55,076 bases of DNA from Blastocystis sp. subtype 4 (lineage: Eukaryota), in contig NW_014569515.1 in NCBI RefSeq assembly GCF_000743755.1, forward strand, positions 1 through 55,076. The letters are read 5' to 3'. The notes beneath the pieces are model-generated. The model searched no databases. It saw only the letters and a program-made list of their open reading frames with translations, and had not been told where the DNA came from. The translations under genes and the position numbers were made by a program. Every line of letters starts with the position of its first letter. The stretch's first letter is position 1. Below are positions 23,941 to 35,544 of this stretch, piece by piece.

Positions 23941-25259
23941 ATGCTACCGCGAATTGTAATCTTAGGACTGCCTAAGAGTGGAAAGAAGACATTGTTTCAA
24001 GGTACTCTTAAAGAAACGACATAATGGTCAGGTCTAAGTCGATATTTTGAGTTTGATTATACTTCAAAACCAGATAAGTACATGTTATTACAGTTAGTGA
24101 ACTTCTAGAATTGAGACTCTTGGATCGTTAGTGCTTCATCTCTCTATTGTGGACGTGTTCACCAAGTACTACAAAGCCAAAGTAAAATATTGTATCGGTC
24201 TTTAATGTAGATCGAGTTGTGTTTTGTTGAAGGAGACAATTCTCAGTTAACGAAAGAAAATCTCGGTGGAATAATCCATGAAGCATGTCAGGGTGTGATT
24301 TTTGTATGTCGATCTGTGGATGTGTGCCTTGTTGCCGAACTCTAATGAATAGACATCGGCTTTGAGTATAATAAAGAGGTGGAATGAAGCTGTGGATTTA
24401 GTAAAAGACAGGATGGAATTGAAGTTGGTTGTGTGTTCATTCAGCGATATCCAGAATTCTATGTTGTCTTTTCTTCTTTTCTTGACCTATAGATCTGAGA
24501 GAAATATGCAAAACATCAAGAATTGGTGTATCGATAATTGTTATGAAATGATTCCGGCAAACCTTCTAATTCCTCACTACAGTTGGAAGAGTCAAGATAA
24601 GGAAGGAGTAGCTCGTGTTGTTGAAGATATGGAATGTGTGATGTGGAATAACATGGATACAACGCAGAGACGAACAACCGAGCGTGTAGTTGAAGAGAAA
24701 ATAATCGTGAATGCAGATGAATTGGAGCGATGTGCCTATTGCCATAAATCAAAGGTATTTCTGGAAGAATGAAATAAGTAAATAGTCCAAAGATAATATC
24801 GTTCTGTTTTTGTGCAGTCGTTGCAGAACAGCACGTTATTGTTCTCGTGACTGTCAAGTGAAAGATTGGAAGACACACAAAGTGTTTTGTGTTGGTCTGT
24901 AAGATTGGGCTGATTACTAGAATCAGATAAAGGGAATTGACCCAGAAGCAAAGCTCAAAGAAGAGGAGGAAAAGCGTGTGAATGAAGTAGAAGCCAGAAT
25001 GACAGCCTCTTTACCTCCTCCCCGTAAGGTTGGATTTGTACTGTTGATTATCTAGCAAAGTCCAAAGAAGAAGAAGAATTTGACAACTTCGCCAAGTTGA
25101 TGCAAGAATGCCAGGCAACAAAAGTCCAAGCAAAGGGATTGCCCGATGCTGAGAGAAAGAGACGAGCTGCTATTATGGCTGCGAAGCTAATGAAGGAGTT
25201 TGGATTGTCTGAAGGAAATGAAGCGGAGCAAATCTTAGAGGATTGTAATGCTACCTTAT
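23941..25259 (+). CDS. AAGAB/p34-like adaptin-binding protein with an inserted MYND zinc finger; stop predicted to be completed by poly(A)
   Basis: N-terminal pseudo-GTPase (ILGLPKSGKKT), WCIDNCYE, EGVARVVEDMECVMW, MYND CAYC..CSRC..YCSRDCQVKDWKTHKVFC, C-terminal LPDAERKRRAA..A. Confidence 0.75.
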
Positions 25260-25395
25260 CTAGTGTTTGTTACAACTATGTCATTCAATTTACCCTTTTA
25301 TAACACATCAATTGAGTATTTACTACTATCGGATCAACTATATGTTCATGGAACGATGCATCAATCCATTTCTTGTGCTTTGCAAGAAACACACA

Positions 25396-26629
25396 AACTA
25401 CGCCGCTTCATAACTAATACTTCATTTCTTTCACCCATAGTTCCAGCTGCAATATCTCCCGTAGTTCGAGAATAATCAACACACAATACAACTTCTAGAA
25501 TCAACTTCAGCAAAAAAAATAGTACCATCACAACAGGAAAGCTCAAACACATTCTTCCCTTCAATAGCATATAACACAATCTTGCCATTTTCTATTCATC
25601 AGATCTTCCGTCAACATATATACCTGATCCAGTCAACAAATAGTTTGCTCCAATATTATAAAAGAGTGAATTGCATATGTACTGATCCACCACATGATGA
25701 TCCTAAGACTCAACACTATGAAACGATATAACATATTCTAGCTGCTCAATCCGATCGTGCTCAAGACACCAGACAGCTAACCCCTTCTTCAGATAGGAAA
25801 GGAGAACATATTTATCATTTGGCGAAAAGGAAGCCGAAATGCTACAAATCACAACAACCAGACACAATGACATTGGTGTTGTGTCATGAGTCGGATGCTT
25901 CGTCTTTATGCAGTTACCACTTTCACAATCCCATATCCGACTTGGATGAGTCCAAGAAATCAAACCTACCAATATCCGTCAACTGATGAACTAACTAGCC
26001 ACGAACCATCCGTATTGAATGAAATACTGGTGATTGTATTTGAATGTGCATATATTGTCTTCAACAGAGAGCGTGTGAAGAGAGAAAAGAAATAGATGTG
26101 GTTATCCACACAGCTACAAGCGACAATCGTTCCCCGAGGATTGACTGCAATACAAGTAGGAAAATGAGAAAGATCTGTTATTACCCGAACTAGTTTACCC
26201 TATTCTTAAACAACAACCATGATAAGAACTTGCTTCACATCCCATACTCGAATTGTTTTATCGTCAGAGCACGATACGAGATAATTTGAAGTAGGAGACC
26301 AAGAGACAGCATTCACTCCTTCGTCATGACCTTCAAATCGGTGACAACAAGTATAATCGCTTGTCTGATATACTGCAATACTCTTATCTGCTGCTACGTG
26401 TCAATAACTAGATACTAAACCAATACTTGCGATCGCTAGATAATCACCATCAGAGGAGTATTTAACACATGAAATAGGTCCTTTGTGTAACTAGGATTGG
26501 AAAAATCAAATAACCACATACAGATATGGTATGTGCTAATTCAAATGGTTCCTTGGATGTTTCAGAAACTGGAACATCGGATGGCTATTCCATAAGTTGA
26601 TATTCGACATCCCAAACTTCCACTTCCAT
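25396..26629 (-). CDS. WD40-repeat protein (WDR5-like)
   Basis: HKGPISCVKYSSDG, FEGHDEGVNAVSWSP..SCSDDKTIRVWD, FNTDGSWLVSSSVDG, RIWD. Ends either at a poly(A)-made stop at 25396 or at genomic TGA 25361. Confidence 0.85.
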
Positions 26630-26780
26630 GAGGAATGATTATTAGTGTCTATTAAAAACGGTTGTTTGGAGGTATAAATTGTGATTACTATTTGTTTCTC
26701 ACATAAGAACATACACCATTTGAAACAGACCGCTATTGGCCAAACTCCAATCTCTTGTTCCAAATCGTATTTTCAGCTGA

Positions 26781-29700
26781 ATGGAGTCAAAAGGATCCAA
26801 AATGACATGTTGGGGAAACCATGTTTATCCACTTTTCTCTTCCACAATGGCTCCAAATGGAAGGAATGTGACAACAGTCAGATTCCAAGTGCGGGCAGAT
26901 GTTCCTCATGGAGTAAACATCCGTCTTTCGGGATCGCTTGCTCAACTTGGCTATTTTTCTCCTGCTAGCTCTATAGAGATGTATACAAGCCCACAAGAGT
27001 ATTAAGGATGGTAGAGGACATTATTGGTAGATATCCTATTTGGAAGAGCGATCCAATATCTTTACCTCTAAATGTGAAAATCAACTACAAGTGGGATTCA
27101 GAAAATCACTTCATGATAATAGATATTTGCGTTGTAGCGGTGGAGTCTTTGAGTCTTGGGAGTCCCCTCGTAAAAGTTCCCATTCACTTTTACTCACTTC
27201 GGTAGAATCCTAGAATATGGATTCATTGTATAGCGCAAGAGTGTTGTAGTATCTGACATCTATGGAACCTACTCACGAGATGACACAGATGCAGAAGTCC
27301 AGAACACTATGAAACGTGCTTCCAGCTCAGAACCCTTAAAAGCGAAGTAAATGTGTTCTAGAGTACTTATTGAAAGAACGAGTGCATTTGGTTCTTGTCC
27401 CGTTTTCTCAGTAGCTAAATCTGTTCCTTCATCGAAACAAACCGTGATTATCGTTGCGTAACAGTGGAAGATGAGAATAAAAGATAGATATCGCTTACCA
27501 GTCATTATCAATCGGAAAAAAGGAGGTGAATGGGACATCACATGGGATTACGAAGTATCTAAAAGATAGACTTGTGAAGTGTAGAATATGTATCTATTCT
27601 CGGAACAAAATCTTTCAGATCAAAATAGCGTATGGTGGTGTGGTGCCTTGACGTATCTCCGAACCAACAACATTTTCAACCAGAACGAACAGTACACTGC
27701 ATCCGATATGATTCAGATTAAAGAGGTAGGATACAGTCTTGTTTCTTCTCCATAGCAACTATTCAAAATGCATTGTCTGCCAATCTTCCTGGATACAGAA
27801 CTGAATCATTTTTACTACAATGGTTATTGTAAATCCATTCTATCTCCCATGCTTCATGGATGTACGATGGTGTATGATGATGCAGAGACTAAATTCAGTT
27901 GGCAGAAGAACACGGCTGAGAATATTGCTTATCAGAATGCATATCGACGTGTGAATAACCTCTTTGCTCAAGAAATACTTCGTTATTGTAAGTATCTGAA
28001 GGTTATTGATAAAACTCCTATCATTTGGGTCAATGGATATCATCTGATGCTTCTTCCTCGTGATTTACGGTTGTATCTTGCTAATATGAATCGATCGTAT
28101 GTCTTATTCTTCCTCTGATATGTAGACAATCCAATGATCAACCATCTTCTCAAATTCCGAATCTTTACACCGGAGGATCTATTGCCTCGTCAGCATCTGT
28201 TCTATCACCTACCAACGACTTCGCAATGTCTCCCTTCTCGACCTATTCAACAACACCTCGTTCTCCCACCGACTCAGTAAGTTCGGATGAATGTGATCAC
28301 GAATCTCTCTTCAGCCCAGGTCCTACATTTGTGGATAATTTGGAAGATGATATGGATGATGAGAGAATGATGGTATAAATAGAGAGAATGACTAAAGTCT
28401 AGCGACTTTATGCAATGAGTAGTCAGGATCCCATAGTAGATTATGATGGTGTATGTGAATATGAAGACGTTGATAGCTAGGGAGATGATGATGATGAACC
28501 TCAAGATGTGAGTGTCTCTCATATTCACATTAAGATAATCTTCTTCCTTCATCTTCCTTTTCCATCCTATGAGATATTCCGTCAATTACCTCTTCGTACA
28601 TCGATTCTGCGAGGAGTCTTAGCAAGTGATTTGATTGGTACACATACGTACAGTAGTGCTCGTCACTTGATTTCCTCTTGTTGCCGTCATCTCGGTGTGA
28701 GTGAAGGAGTTCAGCGCAATAGCAACGTATCTCTTCAATGGGGTTCACGTAGTGTCTGTGTTTATATCTCACATGTTGGATTGGATGCTCAAGTGGTGAT
28801 TATCTCTCTCTGTAATATCTAGTACACAGAATCGATCCTTCATAGTCCCTCTGTCCAAGAATATTATGAGGACTATCTCAGAAAATATGAGAAGAAGATC
28901 GTGGTTGCAGGTGTGGACGAGCTCTATCAAACGAATGCAATTCGTTATAAGATCCAAGGCTTCCACCGACTTCTACGAGAGTTTCCCGGATATCGTAATC
29001 ATTTGGTTCTCGTTCAAGTGTGTTTCCGACAACGCAGTCTGGTTGCTAGGACTCAAAAGTTGTATGAGACACAGATCTGCGATGCAGCAGAAGCTTGCAA
29101 CAAGGAGTTCCCAGGCAGTGTGGATCTCCAGATGCTTACTGGTTCCTATTTCTCAATTCAACAGCGTATGGCACTGTGGAGAGTGGCCCGGATTTATCTA
29201 AATACTTCCCTTGCTCAAGGTCTGAATTTGCACCCCCAAGAATTCTTGATGGCTCGTAAGGAGGCAGGAGGAATCGTGATTATGAGTGAGTTTGCGAACG
29301 CTCACGAGTTCTTGAATGGAGCACTGAGTGTAAATCCATGGGATATTGATAGTATTGTGAGCCAATTGGAGAAGGCTGTGGAGATGGGTGATAGTGAGAT
29401 GCGACTTCGTCAAACACGAGATCTGGACAGTATCATGAAACGAGAAAAGCGTTTATGGTCATCACAAGTAATACAGAATCTTCTAGATAGTGCATCTGAA
29501 GAGGCAATTCAAATTTCACGTACTCCAGGGAGCACAGTTCTGACAGATGATGATGTGAATTCCATAACTCAGCATCTGGACGTAAGTGATGTAGCTGCGT
29601 AATATTGTAGCATGCGTGGGTTCATGAGATCTACCGAAAGACTTCATCTCGTTTCTTCATTTTGGATTATGGTGGTACACTTCAATCCAAAGAAGGATTT

Positions 29701-30534
29701 AATCGTGACCTCAAAGATGATTTCCAGGGTGTTTTACAACGTCCTCCCAATGTGTCAATGTCTCGTGTACTTCAACATCTCTGTGACGATCCAAAGAATC
29801 AGGTCTGGGTGATTAGTAGCAGTGGTAGTATGGTTATGGAGAAGACTCTTGGATCGTTCCATAATCTAGGCTTAATTGCTGTGAATGGCTTGAAAGTTCG
29901 TTATGTAGGGATATGAATGAAGAAGTTACAATTAGCCTGGTATGATGGAATGGACTCCATCCCCTGAATACAGAAAGAAGGTCCTTCCTTATGGAAAGGA
30001 GATTCTTGCTTTGTGTCAAGAATATGTGTTTCAGACTAATGGTAGCACTCTCTATCATGATAACTATGTGGTGCGTTATCATTACCAGTACTGTGATCCT
30101 GATCTTGGAAAACAAATGGCCGATAAATTGGTTTGTGAGCTTCAAGAATTATTACACGATGTTTCAGTGAAGGTGGTTCATGATGTTGGTGTGGTAGAAG
30201 TACGATCGTTCTTAGGCACTCGTGGCGCAATTGTTAAAACTCTTCTTACTCAGTATCGAGAGCAACATAATTCAGATCCTGATATGATCTTCTGTATGGG
30301 TGATAGTAGTGTTGATGAGCCAATGTTTGGGTAGTTGAAGATGAGAATATGAATTGTAGAGATGTCCAAAACGTGTTCCATTCTTCATGTACTGACGATA
30401 TTGAACCAGAAGTTATTACCTGTACAGTTGGACAGAAACCAAGTCGTGCTCAATATTTCACGGATTCAGTACAAGAGAATTATCATCTCTTTTCGTTACT
30501 TACGGATCCTAAGAATCAGTCAATATCAGCGTAA
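26781..30534 (+). CDS. CBM20 + trehalose-6-phosphate synthase/phosphatase-like protein
   Basis: N-terminal CBM20 (VRFQVRA..LSGSLAQLG..YPIW), GT20 (YYNGYCK, FFLHLPFPSYEIFRQLP, GVLASDLIG, SEF, VNPWD) and HAD-type TPP (LDYGGTL, GDSSVDEPMF, CTVGQKPSRA). Confidence 0.9.
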
Positions 30535-30637
30535 CATTTCCTTGTTTGTTCATATCCAATACAAGATTAATGTTCTTCTGGACATCCTTCTCCCCATATC
30601 ATTGTTTAGAATAAACAGAGTCACGTAAATGGTACAC

Positions 30638-32815
30638 TCACTTAAGAACACTTGTCTTTTTACCCTTCTTTCGATACTTAGATACAAAAGTCGCTTCTCC
30701 AACCTGTTCACGCGGATGAAACACAGAACATGTTAATCCCTGCTTCTTCAAAAAGGCGGTAGCATTTACAGGATATCGATATGCTTGCTGTAACTCGTAG
30801 GCAATCAATCCATAACTACTCCCTTGACTATAGATTAAGAAATCACTCTCTTTAAGCAATAACAGATCCAGAATAGCTCGATTCATGAATGAATCTCGCT
30901 GTTTGTCTCCATATATGAGTGTTTTGCCTAAGGCGCTGTGTCCAATCATGTACTCTGAAACAGAATACACCATCTTATAAGCAGGGGTATTTAGAGCCTT
31001 CTTCACCTCATTCAGAGCATATGTTGAGTCAGTTGAGACAAACACATAGACTTCTTCTCGCTTCCATCCCTTCTGCTGAATGCATCGCTCTACCTTCTCT
31101 AGAAATACAGCAATACTTTTAGGACCTAGAAACAACTTCTCGTTATAGTTTGCCTTCTGACCACCTAATCGCATTTGAATGCCAATTATCTTCTTCTGAC
31201 GAAGGATTTTAATATGTTTGTTCACCACTTGACAGAGATACGGCTGTGGTGATACGATCAATGGGAGAATTGCAGCACGGAACAACGAACCCTGACGAGC
31301 ATGCTGCATTTTCCCGTTGAGGTCTGGAATGATTCCCCATTCGACGAGACGTTCTCGGTAGAAGTCTGTACGAAGAAAACGAGAAGTGATATCCGAATAT
31401 GTTGTAAGGATTACTGCTGATTCCTTCCACCACTTGTCGAGAGGTGTGGACTGCAACCTCGCAATGTTGTTCTTATTCGGGAAATACTCCCATGTTGTGA
31501 AATTGTGGTAAATTGAATCTACTGGTCATTTCGACATTACACTCTAACTAGTAGGTCTGACTCCTAAAAATGGAAAAGGCTCGAAAAAGAATCGAAAATA
31601 GAAGTTTCGAGGAGTCTTTACTGATAATCACGAATGAACCTCAAATGTACCTTGAATCGCTCGATTTGTCATCATACCGACAACAAGAGCCGTAAGGTAT
31701 CCTCGAATCATATTTCCAAGTCCTGATTCCTTATGAATTTTGTAGATGACGATTCGATTGTCCTTTTGAAGAGTGATTTGTCGATCCTTCATCTCTTCGA
31801 GAAAGTGATCAAATCGACGCTGTTGCTCTGCAATGGCTTGTTCCGACTGTTGAGGGAGAACGAGAATCTTTACAACTGGCTGTTTTGATTTCGATGGAGA
31901 TTGTTTGGAAGAAAATCTATGTGAAAGGAATGATAACATGATAACTTGTTACGTCGTACTGATTTACGCGGTTGTTGCGTGTAGTTGTCGGCATCAGTAT
32001 CCTGTTCTGGAGCCTGCTCTTGATCTGAAGTTTGTTCCTCATCCTGCTTCACTTGCTCTTGTTCGTCATCCTGTCCCACTTGTTCTTGATCTCCTTCCTG
32101 TTCCTCCTCTTGCTCCTCTCCTTCTTCTACCATAGCCTCTCCTTCTTCCTCCTGCTCTATTCCATCTTCCACCTTCTCTGTTCCTTCTTCTACTTTCTCT
32201 TCTTCTTTCAATACTTGCTGAGTAACCTGGAAAGGATTTGAAGGGATTGGTTGATTTGTTGAAGGGATTGGTTGATTTGTTGAAGGGGGAGTAGTCTGAG
32301 GAAAAGCCGTTAGAATCATAGGCTGTTTCATTGTGTTAGTTGGAATCCTGATACTTGTAGGAGCTCTTCCCACAAGATCATTGTTTTTCTGTTCAAACTC
32401 AACTATGGAAGCAGTATCCTTGAGTTCAGACACATTCGTCTCTATACTCTTCTCCCTATCCATAGTTTCACCTATACTTCACCGTTAAAATAACCAATAC
32501 CTATTCGAAACATCTGCCGAATCGGTTTCATGGGTGGAAAGGACTCAACTACCTAAATATCATTACTAACAAATATCTCAAAACCTTTTCCGTTGGAATA
32601 TTCCATTTTACTTCTTGAATTGTACCAACCCTTCAATTCACACCGTTTCTCATTTCATACATGTAGAACGATGACTCCTTCCTAAGAAGAACTGAATTAC
32701 CATTCTGGGATAAGAACTCTTGCCTGTCTTTCAGATTGTCCCTATTAGCTCCAAGAACCCACCTCATAGAAATTGCTAGAATAGAAACAACCAACAAGAC
32801 AAGGTAGTGATTCAT
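30638..32815 (-). CDS. Type II membrane fucosyltransferase-like glycosyltransferase with long acidic stem
   Basis: N-terminal TM, E/Q-rich stem, then SGLGN, IGIQMRLG, VFVSTDS and DLLLL..SD..I.SQGSSYG motifs typical of GT-B fucosyltransferases. Confidence 0.7.
32240..32287. repeat. 21-nt tandem coding repeat (about 2.3 copies) encoding PSTNQPI
   Basis: GAAGGGATTGGTTGATTTGTT occurs twice in tandem. Confidence 0.8.
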
Positions 32816-32877
32816 CTTGTTGTGCTGCAAACAAACAATGCACTGCAATCATATACATAGAAGAATAGCTAATGACC

Positions 32878-34885
32878 TCAGAAAACATGAGTACTTCTCT
32901 TGCTCGGAGGAATTAAATCTTCCGGGAGAGTATCAGGGAGAGGCTTTCCAGCCATCTTCTCATTGGCAAGCCACATGGCAACAGCGAATTCACCAGCATC
33001 CATCTTACCATCAGCATCAATATCAGCAAGTTCCCAGATCTTACGAAGATCCGTCATATCCAGATCCGTCTTCATCAATACTGCCTTCACAGCGCTTCCA
33101 GAGGCCTTTCCATTAATCTGCTTGAGCGTAGCGAACACATTGTCACACTCAGCCTTATGTGCTGATGTCACACGCCATGTAGCTGTTCCCTTCTGCAGCT
33201 CTATCTCAGCAAAGGGATTCTCAGGCTCTGTCTCAGCACCTGCATCATCCTGAGGCTTAGGAAGCATACTCATAATCTCAGGGATATCATGGGCCAAGAC
33301 CTCATCAAGAGCATCGAAGAGTTCAGGCTTGAACTTGGGGAAGGTACTAAAGTCCATATTAGCCACCACCTCAACAAAACGGTCCATAGGAGGGAAGTCA
33401 CTTGAAGGGAGACGATATTCAGTTTGAATCATATGGAAGATGTCAGACATGTTATCAATCAGTTCCTGTTGCTTCTTTTGCTTTCCAAACATCTTTGGAA
33501 TTTGCTTACGGAGATACGACAGGAGAAGTGCATGGGCCTTGCTTACATGAGCACGACGCACCAAATCATTAATCTTGCGAAGCATACTATTGGCAGGGAG
33601 ACCTCGAAGATCAGCAAAGAGATCCATCTGCTCCACTGCAAAGAGATCCTTGAAGTAATCATACCGCAGAGGCTGATCCCAGAAGGATCCTAGATACACT
33701 CGAGTGACCTCTGGATTACGAATCACACGGCCCAATGACCACATTAATGCACCATAACTAATCATTACCGCTTCCAATAAGGCCTACATTCGCATCAACT
33801 GCTGCTTATCTACAGCATCTGCCTTATTCAACACTACCCGCACTTTATCATCATTTCCCTACGAGTCAGCTTTCCTTCTTACATTCTACATGCAAAGCTT
33901 CGATAGCAGCCTTCATCTCATCCGAAATATCCAGTTTGTGAGCATCAAAGAGAATAAGAATACGATCTGCGCGATCAGCGAAGTAGTGAATGACTTCAGC
34001 AAAGTCGTAAGTTCGGTTTAGACGTTGCTTCTCGCCTGATAAAACTCCAGGAGTATCAATGAAAGTAATCGACTGAAGGACTGGTGAAGGGACTTGAACC
34101 ACTTCAAAGCGGTTCAAGAAGCCAGAGCCGAATTGCTGGAGACTATTGAATGGAAGATCGGCAGAAACAGAAGCGGCGTTACCAGGTATCACACGCTCCA
34201 CATCTCCGTACATAACAGAGATAAACTTATCAGTAGTAGGCTCAGGGCCTACACGCATACCCTGATAATCGCATTCAAGTAAGTAGCGAATGAACGAGGT
34301 CTTACCCACAGAGTATTGACCAATCAGAAGGACCATAGGCTTTGCTTCGAAGTCGTTGTCGTTCATCAAGGTCTCGTAGAACTTGTCGTACATGTAGGTT
34401 TCCTCAATAGGTTTCATCTTTTCGGAATAGCTATTCAATTACCCCAACGAACGAAGTCCTACATTGTCTGGACTCTTTGAGTAATCTCTCGAATTACTGG
34501 ATTCTCCTGACTAAAGTATTTGCCAGCAGATTCTACAAAATCATATTCTTGAACCCACAGTCATACGTGGGGCAGCCACCTTCGCCGCTCTACCTTTGCT
34601 AGGAGCTGAAGCGGCAGGCGCTGGCTTCTGTGCGGGTCCATATCTTGCTTCCAATTCACTGAATAACTGATCTTCACGTCCCTGAACATAAGTATGTAAT
34701 ACGACACAAGTACGGCATATGCAGCTAAAATTTGATCAATCATGCTCAATTTCTCCGGATTGTACTGCTTATAGAACTCTGTAAGTCTAGTTCGGTACTG
34801 TTCGTCTAAACGTAAATCACTAGGAATCTTGGTTTACAAGTCTACAGATAAGAAACTAATTACATTAAGAACATACCGAAGACAT
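32878..34885 (-). CDS. EHD: EH-domain-containing ATPase EHD/RME-1 with an extra N-terminal helical domain
   Basis: GQYSVGKTSFI, GPEPTTD, DTPGVLSGEKQ, FDAHKLDIS, RVYLGSFW and C-terminal EH domain LRKIWELADIDADG. Confidence 0.95.
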
Positions 34886-35544
34886 TTTTGTTTTTCCAAA
34901 TTTGTTTTCTAAGGATCATGCCTTGTGCTGCATTCGTGTAATGAAACTCCCACTCTTCTGATTGAACCCGATCTAGAATATAGTATCACTTTCTTCATTC
35001 ATCTGGAGCCTAAATCCGATCTGAAAGATGCAAGAAGGTTGTTTCAGAAGAATCAACACAATTCACTTTTCTAGAGCCGAAAGGTTGAGCGACTGGTGGA
35101 TTATTATTAAAGCACGTTGTTGAAAACAAATATAACAGTAGACTACTAGATTACACAACATTCAATTTATGGAATTCTTCTTCAATGGCATCTCGCAACG
35201 AGAATACCTAAAGATAAAAAAGAAATGAGATGATTACAATAGTTTTTACTTTCCCGATGGGAATGATATGATTTGCTATTCCTGCAATCAAGTACTTGCC
35301 ACAACAGGAAACAACAATAGCATTACATTGCTAACAGTAAGAATCAATCTCAATTCATACTTCATATGTATATATCTGATATTGGAGCGGATCGTTCTCG
35401 AAAATATCAAATCCTCTCCAACAACGTCCCAATGCAGATAAAAACACTTCTTCACAATCCATTTGGTTGATTGTAGACATTACAACCTCTCCATCCTTTG
35501 AAAGACTAGATCACAAGGTATTCATCACTACTTACACAAATTCT

